DNA of 63,658 nucleotides, filler included, from Octopus bimaculoides (Eukaryota): the NCBI RefSeq assembly GCF_001194135.2. It is 7 parts of 7 records of this genome, joined end to end, with 100 filler letters (N's around TTAATTAATTAA, not from the genome) between each part and the next. Parts side by side here need not be neighbours in the genome. Positions count along the whole stretch, not along the records: positions 1 to 17,554 come from NC_068990.1; positions 17,655 to 37,112 come from NC_069003.1; 5 more parts are not named here. One strand, written 5' to 3'. Positions 12,711 to 26,050 of the stretch are shown here, one piece after another. Each line of letters begins with the position of its first letter. The stretch's first letter is position 1. The position numbers were made by a program, and so were the translations under genes. Below the pieces are notes generated by a model. That model had not been told where the DNA came from and searched no databases. It saw only the letters and a list, made by a program, of their open reading frames with translations.

Positions 12711-14689
12711 ATGTGTTGAAATTTAAGATTGCTTAACCTTATACTACAACATTCCGAAATAATAAAAATGTTGATCATAAAACTCAGGTGGCACCAAAGA
12801 AAATGGCGCTAGAAAGACCAGTGAGAGAAATCTCTTTCAAAAGCCTGCGAATACAGCTTAATTATATCATGAACGTTAGACAATTCTTAAGAAAATGATG
12901 AGGAACGAAAGCTTCAAACTAATTATTTCAATCGTTAATTATTATTTATAGAAGCAAAAGATAGTCCTCCAAAACATTCAGGCGAATTTAGCTTAAGCGG
13001 AGGAAACACTATATACGTAATGCGGATTTAGGAATATCTTAGAAATAAGTATTAATAAAAAGAACTTATTGGTCTCCGATTAAGAGAGAATGCAAGAAAA
13101 GTATTTTCAGGGAGAGAAAAGCATGCATACAAAATTTACCAAATGAACAACGGCTCTCTCTCCCCCTCTCACTCATACTCCTCTCTTTCTCTCACGCACT
13201 CCTCTACACAAGATCCCTTTTGTTACAATAATATTAAGTTTGGGGTTGATATAATCGACTGGCCCCCTCTCCACAAAATTTCGGGTCTTGTGCGTAGAGT
13301 AGAAAAGAAAAGAGTAGAAAAGAATAAAATCAAGTTTGGCAAAAGACATACCGGAAACCCTTGACTAGAAATAGAAGTTAATAAACATACAAACTTAAGT
13401 AGAATGACAAAATAGTAAAATAAGTGCAAGGATATATATATTTTTTATAGAAATCAATAGTTTTGATATGGTCAATGACGTTCACGTTTAGCTAGCAAAG
13501 AAAAGATTAAAGTCTTTGAAACATTCACGAAAAAATTTCCCGTTAACCAACTCGTAACCATAATTTTTATTTATTCATTTTTTTCATTTTTTTGTTAAAT
13601 GAATATTTAGCCAAATAATCTACAGAAAGTGAGTTTCTTGGTAAACATAATTCAGTGACATAAAATATTTGAAGAGTCCTCAGTAAAGAATACTCTCAGT
13701 GCCTATGGAGAGTAATCTTTGTTGGTCAATTTGTTTCTAGAGTGGATTTGGTGTGAATTTGGATGAGAAACTTTTATTTTCATTTGCCAGCATCCACAGT
13801 CTAATTTATCGTTGTGAAACTCATGTGAATTATATGTGTGTAACGATAAAGACATAAAAGTGAGACATGGAATCATTTGGATTATGAAGGTGGAGATGGT
13901 TCGGGATGTCCTCGCATTTTCTTCTGTTAGTTTGTAAACTCCGGCTTAAAACGTGGAGGAAAAGAAATTATCAGTCATTGAAAAAAACAAAACAAAAAAA
14001 AGAAAAAAACTCGTACAACAAATCAATTTATCCTTAAAGCATGAATATTACTTTCTCCTTGTTTCCATTTTATAAACGAAAGTTAACAAATACACGCCTA
14101 AAGACGCTTCTCTTCTCTACTTTTCATAAATGAGCTAACGTGGAGTTTCTACCTCTTAGTTCAACCTGTTGGAAATAACAATATCTTCCATCAAATCAAA
14201 CCATGCTATCTTCTAAAGAAACGAAGGGACATAGTGAAAAATGTAATCCTAGAAAAGACTATTAATTTTGCTGAATGCTTTTGAAGATAAATGTGTCCTA
14301 TTACGGCTAAGATGTGGTTAAGTAATAACACACATTTTTACAAATTTTCTCCGAAGTGTGGATCTCTCTGTTTATTTCACCATTCATTTTAAGTGATACT
14401 TTAGTCTTCGTTAAAGAGGGAAATGCCTTCAGATCCTTCAGCTTTTGCTATCACCCCCAGGCGCAAAACACAGCCGACCTTCCTCGTTAAATAAGGGCAC
14501 AGGATTGCTCATTCTGATGGGTTTAGTAGAGAGACTAACTGAACGGTTTCAGAGGTGGCGTTTCTAAAATCCTCTTCTGGTTACCCTATCCGCTGTACAC
14601 AAATTATTTGTTGCGGCTTTCAGCGTACTTTATTCAGTTTCAGTTTAATTTAATGCTTCTTTTAAGCATATATTGACTTCAAATTTTGG

Positions 14690-14885
14690 CACAAGGTTAG
14701 AAATTTCGGATGTGCGAGTAAGTCGATTACATTGACCCCACTACTCAACTTGTATTTATTTTATCGACCTTGAAAAATGAAAGCAGAATCGACATCGGTG
14801 GAATTTGAACTCAGAACGTTAAGACGGACGAAATGCCGCTAAATATTTTGCCCAGCCTGCTAACAATACAGCCAGTTCACCGCCT
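14690..14885 (-). mobile_element. tRNA-derived SINE, family C
   Basis: Reverse complement gives GGCGGTGAACTGGC...TTAGC...CTGAGTTCAAATTCC...GGTCGATAAAATAAATAC...GGGGTCAATGTAATCGACT. Confidence 0.8.
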
Positions 14886-15177
14886 TTTTTTCAGGCTTGT
14901 ATTAACACTCGTGATAGTGTTCTCTAGATTTTAAAACTAAGCCTAAGATACATTTCTGTTAAAACCTCTAAGCCAAGAAAAATGCTTTGGGATTATAATA
15001 ACTGAGTCCTTGTCTCGATGTCCTATGTTGAACTTCAAATTATAAACTTATGAATATATTACTGAAACTTCCACGCCACACCCATTTTATGTAAACATTT
15101 ATTTCTTCATTTTACAGGCCCAAAGTGCTTACACTTTTATATCTGTGCATACGTTTGAATATATATAAAACATCACT

Positions 15178-16120
15178 ATGAAATGGAAAATCGCCACAGC
15201 CGTTATCTGTTGTTTTGGCGTATTCAAAGATTTTCGACCATCTGAATCATACCTTACTTCTTATTTGACATCTGCAGACATGAAGAATTTGTCAGTTACT
15301 GATGTCAACAGTGAAGTTTATCCAGTATGGACATACAGCTATCTGGCTACTTTATTTCTAGTCCTGCTTATAACCGATTATCTTCGTTACAAAATCGTCA
15401 TCATTTTTGAAGCAATCGCTTATATTACTACCTGGTTGCTGTTGCTATGGGGAAAACGTATCCTTCATATGCAGCTGATGCAAGTAGTCTATGGTTTTGC
15501 TACGTCGACAGAGATCGCCTATTATTCCTACATTTACGCTGCAGTCAGTGAAGTTCATTACCGCAAGGTATCTGGTTTCGTACGTGGCAGTAGCCTGAGC
15601 GGTCGTTTTTTTGCCGCTATTCTGGGGCAGATACTTGTAATCTCAGGCGTTAATTATTTCAAACTGAACATTATATCCACAGTTAACGTCTGCGTCGCAT
15701 TCGTCATTTCTATCTTCTTACCCAAAGTAGAAAAATCGTTCTATTTTCATAAACATACTACAAATCAAAATACTGAAGACACAGACTTGGATTCTGCAAA
15801 TTCTCAAAATACGATCAACACTAGTAGCATCATCCAACTGAACACTGATTCAAGTATTCATAGCACCAAGGATGATAATAGAAGTAATGACAATATTGTC
15901 AAAGTTTCTTTCAAAGACGGCATTAAAAAAATGGCCACTGACTTTATTCGATCTTACTCGCACCGTGAACTTCTCATATGGTCATTTTGGTGGGCTATGG
16001 ATTCCTGTGGTAATCTTCAACTTGGTAATTATATTCAAAACCTATGGATTGAAATAACGCCCAATCGTACGCATACAAATAATTACAACGGCGCAGTGGA
16101 TGCTGCATCAATGGCCCTAA
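15178..16120 (+). CDS. SLC19A: First coding exon of an SLC19 reduced-folate/thiamine transporter (MFS fold, about TM1-TM8); 314 codons + 1 nt, gene incomplete in window
   Basis: Family motifs: CFGVFKDFRPSESYLTSYL, EVYPVWTYSYL, TDYLRYKIVIIFEA, QLMQVVYGFATSTEIAYYSYIYA, LLIWSFWWAMDSCGNLQLGNYIQNLW, NGAVDAA. Acceptor TTTACAG ends at 15117. Donor GTAAGT at 16121 (phase 1). Paralogue (A1/A2/A3-like) cannot be resolved by eye. Confidence 0.92.
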
Positions 16121-16205
16121 GTAAGTGTTATTTTTATTGTTAATTGCTTTGTTACTACAGCTTCTGTCATCATTTTAATCTGTTATCATTATAAAGTCAA
16201 TGGTG

Positions 16206-16548
16206 TGGAGGCGCAATGGCCCAGTGGTTAGGGCAGCGGACTCGCGGTCATTATTGAGCGAAAACACCTAAAGCTCCACGAGGCTCCGGCAGGGGTTGGT
16301 GGCGAACCCTGCTGTACTCTTTCAACACAACTTTCTCTCACTCTTACTTCCTGTTTCTGTTGTGCCTGTGATTCAAAGGGTCAGCCTTGTCACTCTGCGT
16401 CACGCTGAATATCCCCGAGAACTACGTTAAGGGTACACGTGTCTGTGGAGTGCTTAACCACTTGCACGTTAATTTCACGAGCAGTCTGTTCCGTTGAGCG
16501 GATCAACTGGAACCCTCGACGTTGTAAGCGACGGAGTGCCAACAACAA
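16206..16548 (+). mobile_element. SINE family B with internal deletion after the tRNA head
   Basis: Colinear with 2393-2764 but lacks the B-box segment. Confidence 0.88.
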
Positions 16549-17484
16549 AGTCAGTGGATAACAGAACAGTTAGATTACCGGTCAAAGAATCTTGTATTGT
16601 TTAAGTACGCCCATTTGTGTAGTGAGTTTAAAGCTCATCGATTCGATTTTACATTTTATCATTGTTTTTACTCTCAAGAACTGGAGTCGATGTAATTACT
16701 AATGCTGGAGAACATTGTTGTTGCTTAATTAAAGGTAGAATCGGTTTGGAGGAGTTACATCTCGTTATGCTGAGATTCAAATTCTCGGTCGTTGTCAGTT
16801 TTGCTTTCCAGCTTTTCAGGGTCAATAAAACAAAATACCAGTTGTATCGAAGTATTCGAATTTACCCATTCCAAATCATATGGATTTGTATTTATACCAG
16901 AAACCGTCATTAAATTACTTTCCTTTGCGTTTTACAGTTTCATATATCTACTATCAATAAAGTAAAAAGTGAATCGGTCAAGTTGTGGTCCTTTACCAAT
17001 CTCAGGAACTATTATAAAGCTGTGACTGATCTAAAGAAGAGACAATAGGACTAAATGTTTTCTGATATTTATTTATGTAACTTTGCCTTCTCAGTTGAGA
17101 ATCCTCTCGGGTCGTCTTTCACTTTCGTCCCTTTGGGATTTCTCAAATAAATACCAGTTAAATACAAAGGTATATTTAATCGTTTCCATAACAAACCAAC
17201 AGCGTATGTGGACTATTGCCAACGTACAAAGTCCTTATATTGCAGATTAGCCCCATGTAAACCGTGATCGAGCAGAACTATGGTATAAAGCATTCAAACT
17301 GCGACCATCATGTCAACGTTTTTGTTAGGGAGCTAGATAATCCTGTGTAAGCTTTCATTTTTTTCATCGATTAAAAATATGCTTGAAGGTGGAATCGAAA
17401 CCGGATTGCCCCCTTCTCTAGGATTTATACATGAAGATGTGGAGAATATTGTGTGTATCGAAATAAATCGCTTATTTATCTACA

Positions 17485-17554
<70 letters not shown>

Positions 17555-17654
17555 NNNNNNNNNNNNNNNNNNNNNNNNNNNNNNNNNNNNNNNNNNNNTT
17601 AATTAATTAANNNNNNNNNNNNNNNNNNNNNNNNNNNNNNNNNNNNNNNNNNNN
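17555..17654. other. Synthetic scaffold spacer: 44 N + TTAATTAATTAA + 44 N (also at 37157, 43179, 52244, 57709 and 61435, positions of the 12-mer)
   Basis: Identical 100-nt layout six times. The 12-mer has stop codons in all six frames. Confidence 0.95.
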
Positions 17655-17686
<32 letters not shown>

Positions 17687-18084
17687 TTTATCTACGTCAG
17701 CCATTGCACTGGATCCATGCTGGGGTATATTTATAGCATGTGTGTGTATGTATGTACATATGTGCATATACATATAATTATACGTGTGTAATATATATAT
17801 ATGTATGTATGTATAAGAACAGGGATTCAAAGACGCTATTGCCCTCATACCCTCATACGTGTGCAGATTAGATAGATATATTCTGTCTTTCATACAGATA
17901 TACATGGTGGATGTTATTCACAGTCTGATTAAAAAGCCCTTGCTTCTGGACAATAGATTGGTTCTTACTCCAGTAATGAGAAGCTTTAAGAATTGAAAGC
18001 GAAAAAAATACTGTATATACATATAGACACACGTACTTGTATACACACATGTATACTGTAAATATATATATATAGACGTATGTG

Positions 18085-18179
<95 letters not shown>

Positions 18180-19195
18180 GCATACATATATGCATAAGCA
18201 TGTATACATACATACATACTTACATACATACTCCGGTACTCATTTTAGCGACGCCAAAATGCTGAAAGGCAAAGAGGACCTCAGCGGAATTTCCACTCAG
18301 AAAATAAAGACAGCTGAAATGCCGCTAAGCATGGTAACGTATCTACCCGGTTGCCACCCTAGAAAGTGGAAAACTTTTAAAATTACAAAAATATCTATAA
18401 CACACAAACACACACACACAAACACACACATACACACACACACAACTATGCATATATTTATATATATATATGCATATATATATACATATATATATATGTA
18501 TGTATACATATTCATATACACACATATATATATGTATACATATATATACGTAAGTCACACAGACACACGCACACACCGACACATACACATATATATGCAT
18601 ACATATTTATATACATATATATGTGTGTGTGTATGTATATATGTATGTATGTATGTATGTATACATACACATATATAAATGTATACATATATATATGTGT
18701 GTATGTATATATATATATATATAATCTTTCTCCCCCCCCTCTCTCTCTCTTGATATATATATATATATATATATATATATGACACATACACACTCGCATA
18801 TACACACACGCACACACACATGCGTAAGTTCTCACGCATTAAAGACAAGCCAAAAATATTCAAGCGATAACCGCGCGCGCGCAAAAAAAAAAAACAATAA
18901 CAAAACCTAAATTCAAGAAAAAAAAAGCGAAGAAAAAAAGAAAGAAGGAAGGAAGGCAACAGCCTAAAAGGAGTACGGTTTGAATTTGATGGTATTTCAC
19001 TAATTTCTGTGAAAGGATGGTAAGCATAAATAAACCGGATTTTATTGAGCAAGTTACACCTGCACATTCCTGCTTTATTTAGATTTTTAGATCAGTCTAG
19101 CTCACAGGATAGAAATTTTGAGTTTTGTGAGAGTGTATGTGGCTATGTATGTACGTATGTACCTGTATATATGTGTACGTACGTATGTGTGTATT

Positions 19196-19230
<35 letters not shown>

Positions 19231-20249
19231 TGTATTCGTGTGCACTTTCCATGTTTGTGGTTGACTGCGGGGTGTTCGTACGTTTGTCCATGTGCGTAAT
19301 GGCATAAATGCTTATACATATGAATGCATATGTATGCATTTATGGATATGTGTATGTGTGTGTGTGTGTCTTTGTGTGTGTATTTCCTATATGTCTTTAT
19401 GCTAATATATATATATATATANNNNNNNNNNNNNNNNNNNNNNNNNNNNNNNNNNNNNNNNNNNNNNNNNNNNNNNNNNNNNNNNNNNNNNNNNNNNNNN
19501 NNNNNNNNNNNNNNNNNNNNNNNNNNNNNNNNNNNNNNNNNNNNNNNNNNNNNNNNNNNNNNNNNNNNNNNNNNNNNNNNNNNNNNNNNNNNNNNNNNNN
19601 NNNNNNNNNNNNNNNNNNNNNNNNNNNNNNNNNNNNNNNNNNNNNNNNNNNNNNNNNNNNNNNNNNNNNNNNNNNNNNNNNNNNNNNNNNNNNNNNNNNN
19701 NNNNNNNNNNNNNNNNNNNNNNNNNNNNNNNNNNNNNNNNNNNNNNNNNNNNNNNNNNNNNNNNNNNNNNNNNNNNNNNNNNNNNNNNNNNNNNNNNNNN
19801 NNNNNNNNNNNNNNNNNNNNNNNNNNNNNNNNNNNNNNNNNNNNNNNNNNNNNNNNNNNNNNNNNNNNNNNNNNNNNNNNNNNNNNNNNNNNNNNNNNNN
19901 NNNNNNNNNNNNNNNNNNNNNNNNNNNNNNNNNNNNNNNNNNNNNNNNNNNNNNNNNNNNNNNNNNNNNNNNNNNNNNNNNNNNNNNNNNNNNNNNNNNN
20001 NNNNNNNNNNNNNNNNNNNNNNNNNNNNNNNNNNNNNNNNNNNNNNNNNNNNNNNNNNNNNNNNNNNNNNNNNNNNNNNNNNNNNNNNNNNNNNNNNNNN
20101 NNNNNNNNNNNNNNNNNNNNNNNNNNNNNNNNNNNNNNNNNNNNNNNNNNNNNNNNNNNNNNNNNNNNNNNNNNNNNNNNNNNNNNNNNNNNNNTATATA
20201 TATATATATATATATATATAATTATATATATATATAGTGGCATTACGTT

Positions 20250-20410
20250 CGTCTGTACGTTCTGAGCACAAACTTCGCCGAAGTCGACTTTGCCGTTCAT
20301 CTTTTCGGAGTCGACAAAATAAGTACCAACTGAACACTGGGGGGTCGATGTAATCGACTTATCTCCACCCCACTTCACCGAACGTGTTGGCCTTGTGCCA
20401 AAACTTGAAG
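20250..20410 (+). mobile_element. SINE family C, partial
   Basis: GTTCTGAGCACAAACTTCGCCGAAGTCGACTTTGCC...GTCGACAAAATAAGTACC...GGGGTCGATGTAATCGACT. Confidence 0.8.
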
Positions 20411-20930
20411 CCAACATACATAGCTGGTGGGTGTTGACTCGTAGACGAGTGTGGCCATCACTGACACATTTTCTTATTCTAAAATATTAATCGAAATGGC
20501 TGTCAGCAGTACAGCACTGAAATTTAAAGTCAGTAGCAGTTTGCATAACATCAGTGAGAGCTACACTTACAAAGTAGTTCAGAAACAAGCAAAACCAAGA
20601 ATTCCGGATTTGCGATGAGGCGGGTGTTATTTCGGAATTTCTTTCTTCAAGACAGACGTCCAAATAAAAGACAGAGTGTTTCATGCTTTCAGTTGATGGA
20701 TGGCCATTGGTTCTGCTGAGTTTATCTGTCCTTATGTCAAGTCGCTACGAGAAACATATATCCTCAGAATAACCTGTCCCAAAACTGGGGCTGTCGGTGA
20801 CTAATACGGGAACCCTAGGAAGCTTTCTCGGACCGGAGGATAGTTTTCCGTTGGACACACAACGGGTCGAAGAACAAAACATACATATAATATTGCACAG
20901 ATGCATACACACACGCACACACACACACAC

Positions 20931-21575
20931 ACGAGGTAGTACCAACAAATCCCGGACCAGTTATGTTTAATAAAAGAATAACTTATTTACACCTATCTCA
21001 GCGTTCCTGTCACTTTTGGAATCCGGCCTGGAAGTCGTTTTCCGTAAGCGAGTCGAGAACCTACTGCGATTCGCTCTTGATCTCGATAGCTGCGTTAAAA
21101 CGGCAACATTTGAGCAGCATTTTCAGCTTGGGGAAGAGATGAAAGTCCGCACGTGCTAAATCTGGCGAATAGGGCGATTGAGTAATGGATACCATGTTGA
21201 TTTTGGTGAGAAACTCACAAGTAAGGAGAGCTTGGTGACAAGATGCATTGTCATCGCGAAGAATCCAATTCTTCGTGCTCCACAGATCTGGTCTCTTTCA
21301 TTGAACGTCCTTCCTGAAACGCTTCAAAACGTCTTTGATTGTCCTCCGACGATCTTCATGCAGAAGCTGATGGAATTTCTACACATTTCCGAGAGTGACG
21401 CTCGTGGCACGTCTTCCAAATCGCTCATCGTCTTCGATAGACGTTCTTCCGCACTTGAAGCGCTCGTGTCACTCGAAACATTGCGCACGACCCATAAGCT
21501 TTGCCGAAGCATGCTCAATGTCTCTGTAGCAGACTTACAACGCCCGGTCTGGGAATCGGCCACGACCGCGAATTC
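20931..21575 (-). mobile_element. Internally deleted mariner (DD34D) transposon remnant with 3' TIR
   Basis: Minus strand reads KSATETLSMLRQ... (N-terminus), then KRPDLWSTKNWILRDDNASCHQ...PYSPDLARADFHLFPKLK...FQK*QER*DRC (C-terminus with YSPDL motif). Mariner-type TIR ACGAGGTAGTACCAACAAATCCCGGACC at 20931-20958. Confidence 0.85.
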
Positions 21576-22078
21576 GCTGCCCTGACCACTGGGCCATTGT
21601 GCCTCAACAGTTACAAAATATTATATTGTAAAGAAAGGACAGATTATCCAGCTTAACAGAAATATACATAGGTCTCTACAAATCAGCTTTTAATTGTCAT
21701 TTACATTTTATTTCTTTTCATATCAGCTATCGAGTTGACCGTCTCTGTTTACCTAACCATTTCTTTCGACATGTTATCTCTGACCCGGTCTCTTTAACTA
21801 GGTATCAATCCAATGGTTTATTGATCTATCTGTCTGCCTTCAATGTGTAACAACCAAAATCTAACATCGTTTTTCTTTAGTTCTGGCGTGCTTAAAGTTA
21901 TTCCTGCATGTATGCGTTTTAAATTGTGGTTGACACACGTTGGTATGTAGGTTAGCGTGTGAGTATATATAAAGTTCGTTTGTAGGACTCTATTATAGAG
22001 TGTTATATCTGTACATGAATACGTGTGTTGATATACATATACACGTGCAAGTATGTATGTATAGTATATTCATAAATT

Positions 22079-22137
<59 letters not shown>

Positions 22138-22317
22138 NNNNNNNNNNNNNNNNNNNNNNNNNNNNNNNNNNNNNNNNNNNNNNNNNNNNNNNNNNNNNNN
22201 NNNNNNNNNNNNNNNNNNNNNNNNNNNNNNNNNNNNNNNNNNNNNNNNNNNNNNNNNNNNNNNNNNNNNNNNNNNNNNNNNNNNNNNNNNNNNNNNACAG
22301 ACATACACACATGAGTG

Positions 22318-22355
<38 letters not shown>

Positions 22356-22441
22356 CAGACAGACATACACACATACATATATATAACTATATATATATGT
22401 ATATATACACAGGCAGACATATACACATACGTATATATAAC

Positions 22442-22489
<48 letters not shown>

Positions 22490-22511
22490 GAAATANNNNN
22501 NNNNNTGAGTC

Positions 22512-22563
<52 letters not shown>

Positions 22564-22795
22564 GAAATATACACACATAAACACACAAGACAATCGTTAC
22601 ACAAAGGTGTAACACCACACTAATACACTGATGTAGGCATACACACATACACACATACATACACACATACATACACACATACATACATACTTACAGATAG
22701 ACATACCGAAATACATACAAACAAATAGACATGCATACATACATACATACATACATACATACATACATACATACATACATACATACACACATACA

Positions 22796-22826
<31 letters not shown>

Positions 22827-23066
22827 GCACACCGTTCAACGAATGTACGCAGCAGCTGGTGTGTGTCTGTGTGTGTGTGTGTTTTCGCAGAACTGTGTAC
22901 AAGAGGAACGAGGACCGGTCGAATGCAATAAAGCCCCGTTTCAATAAACAGCCCAAGATATTAAACAGTAATAAATCGTTGACGAGATTACAACCTACTC
23001 TTTCATTGGCTGTTTATGAACCGGTATTTGTTTTCATCTCTCTCTCTCTCTCTCTCTCTCCCTCTT

Positions 23067-23097
<31 letters not shown>

Positions 23098-23962
23098 NNN
23101 NNNNNNNNNNNNNNNNNNNNNNNNNNNNNNNNNNNNNNNNNNNNNNNNNNNNNNNNNNNNNNNNNNNNNNNNNNNNNNNNNNNNNNNNNNNNNNNNNNNN
23201 NNNNNNNNNNNNNNNNNNNNNNNNNNNNNNNNNNNNNNNNNNNNNNNNNNNNNNNNNNNNNNNNNNNNNNNNNNNNNNNNNNNNNNNNNNNNNNNNNNNN
23301 NNNNNNNNNNNNNNNNNNNNNNNNNNNNNNNNNNNNNNNNNNNNNNNNNNNNNNNNNNNNNNNNNNNNNNNNNNNNNNNNNNNNNNNNNNNNNNNNNNNN
23401 NNNNNNNNNNNNNNNNNNNNNNNNNNNNNNNNNNNNNNNNNNNNNNNNNNNNNNNNNNNNNNNNNNNNNNNNNNNNNNNNNNNNNNNNNNNNNNNNNNNN
23501 NNNNNNNNNNNNNNNNNNNNNNNNNNNNNNNNNNNNNNNNNNNNNNNNNNNNNNNNNNNNNNNNNNNNNNNNNNNNNNNNNNNNNNNNNNNNNNNNNNNN
23601 NNNNNNNNNNNNNNNNNNNNNNNNNNNNNNNNNNNNNNNNNNNNNNNNNNNNNNNNNNNNNNNNNNNNNNNNNNNNNNNNNNNNNNNNNNNNNNNNNNNN
23701 NNNNNNNNNNNNNNNNNNNNNNNNNNNNNNNNNNNNNNNNNNNNNNNNNNNNNNNNNNNNNNNNNNNNNNNNNNNNNNNNNNNNNNNNNNNNNNNNNNNN
23801 NNNNNNNNNNNNNNNNNNNNNNNNNNNNNNNNNNNNNNNNNNNNNNNNNNNNNNNNNNNNNNNNNNNNNNNNNNNNNNNNNNNNNNNNNNNNNNNNNNNN
23901 NNNNNNNNNNNNNNNNNNNNNNNNNNNNNNNNNNNNNNNNNNNNNNNTTATTATTATTAATA

Positions 23963-24174
23963 AGGCAGTGAGCTGGCAGAATCGTCAGCACACCGAACAA
24001 AAGGCTTATCGGTATCTCGTCCATCCTTACGTTCTGAGTTCAAATTACGCCGATGTCGACTTTGCTTTTAGCCTTTCGGGGTCAATAAAATAAGAACCAG
24101 TTGAGTATTAGGGTCGATGTAATCGACTATTCCCCTCCCCTAAAACTGCAGGCCTTTTGCCTTTGACAGAAAGG

Positions 24175-24216
<42 letters not shown>
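23963..24216 (+). mobile_element. SINE family C with (ATT)n tail
   Basis: GGCAGTGAGCTGGCAGAATCG head, GAGTTCAAATT B-box, (ATT)n tail. Confidence 0.85.
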
Positions 24217-25829
24217 GAATTACTTACTCATTGATTACAACACTCAACAAATCCAGGATATTTCGCATTCGATTTTAGTAGCGAACATATAATGTTTCTC
24301 TCCAAATATCTCTGCTTTTCCTGTTAGGTGTGGTCTGTCATTGTGTATTTCAACATTGATCTTATCTGAAACGCTTTTCCTGGTCAAATAAAATTAATGT
24401 GTTGAACTGTGTCTTCGATTTTATTTTTCATGTCTTCATATCTTCATGTCCTTATTAATGTTTAGCGCCACGTCAACCTGTTCAAGTTGATCTTTGAGAT
24501 AAAACATTCCAACCATGACGAACTTATCTTTTTAAATGCAGATATAGTATATCCAGAGATATATTATCGAATGTGTTGCTTCCTTTTCTAAATACGAATG
24601 TCTTATTTGAGAAACTTTGGCTGCTGTTTTTAGCGGATCACTCGACCATATAGGGGTTAACTGATATTGCTATCACTGTTGTTGTTGCTGTTGTTGTTTC
24701 GAGCAATAATAACTATGATTAAAAACGTTTAAAGGGTGAGCATCTTGTGTATAAAATGTTATTTAGGGCTCTAAGAGCTAATCTGTCCTTCCTTTTTTAA
24801 CGACAATAAAGTGTCGTCTTGTAATTGTTTAGGCACAATGGCCCAGTGGTCAGGGAAGCGGTTTCACGGTCGTGGGATCACGGTTTCGATTTCCAGACCG
24901 GGCGTTGTGAATGTTTCCCAGATTGGTAAGTTCGATGCTATGTTTGTTTGTTTGTTTCTGTGTGTGTGTGTTTGTGGTTGAGTGTTTGTGTGTATAACCA
25001 AAAGACAAAGCACGAACAAAAAATTAGAAAACAGAGAAAAAAATTTTTTTAAGCAACTACAAACGGCGAACGGAAGATCAAAGTGAATATTTGTTTTTTT
25101 AAAGGAAAGGAAAAGATACTGTAACGCTTCGGACAAGTGGTTGCTTGTCAATGTAGATGGAAGGCATAGTGAAGAGAAAATAATTAGAAAATCGGAAAAA
25201 CCTACAAGTGTGTAACAATACGTATTTTTCTTCTCGATGTATGTACACCACTCCAAGATAGACCACCGAACTACGTATTGTTAAATACAAGTGTGTATTT
25301 AACAATACGTACGGTGGTGGTGGGAGTCGTGTTGATGGTCGTGTTGGTAGTGATGATGTTTGGCTATAATTTAACCGTGATCGAGCAGGACCTATAATAA
25401 AAGGGGTAACTTTAAATTACGCGAGAGCATGTGATTTTAACCTTCCAATTTCATCATCAAGCAGTAACACGTGATTTGAGTGAGATTTGGTTCCTATATC
25501 TAGCATACGGTGACAACAGGTAGAAGCTCCCACGTTGACACTTTATGTGCATCGTCTAAGGTTTCTATGCGTTGTGTGACAGGATATAAGCTTATAACCC
25601 AACAGCTAAACAAAGAGAGACAAATCAGATTGCCCTTTGACCTAGTCACTCAGCACGTCTAGACAACATTCAACAAGTGGAGGCATGCATATCTATAAAC
25701 ATTCCGTGTTATTAGGTTTTCCACATGGAATTACGGCCCTATCACGGTACACTGATTCAGTTTCAGTCCTCTGTTGTTCGTCCCTCTTTCGTTTCTCTAT
25801 TTCTTTCTCGCTGTATCTCTCCAACTCCC

Positions 25830-25904
<75 letters not shown>

Positions 25905-25916
25905 GGGGTAAGTGTT

Positions 25917-25958
<42 letters not shown>

Positions 25959-26009
25959 CATATATATGTAATCACATATTTGAATGCAAACAAATTTGTG
26001 CACATATAT

Positions 26010-26050
<41 letters not shown>

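Noticed and set aside
20470-20800. Coding-like stretch (VFYLDVCLEE on minus; MAIGSAEFICPYVK on plus)
   Set aside because: Only a weak resemblance to RT domain 7, with no supporting motifs.
25090-25215. Possible terminal SLC19 exon (…RYCNASDKWLLVNVDGRHSEEK…)
   Set aside because: No acceptor, no TM12-like sequence, and an upstream in-frame stop.
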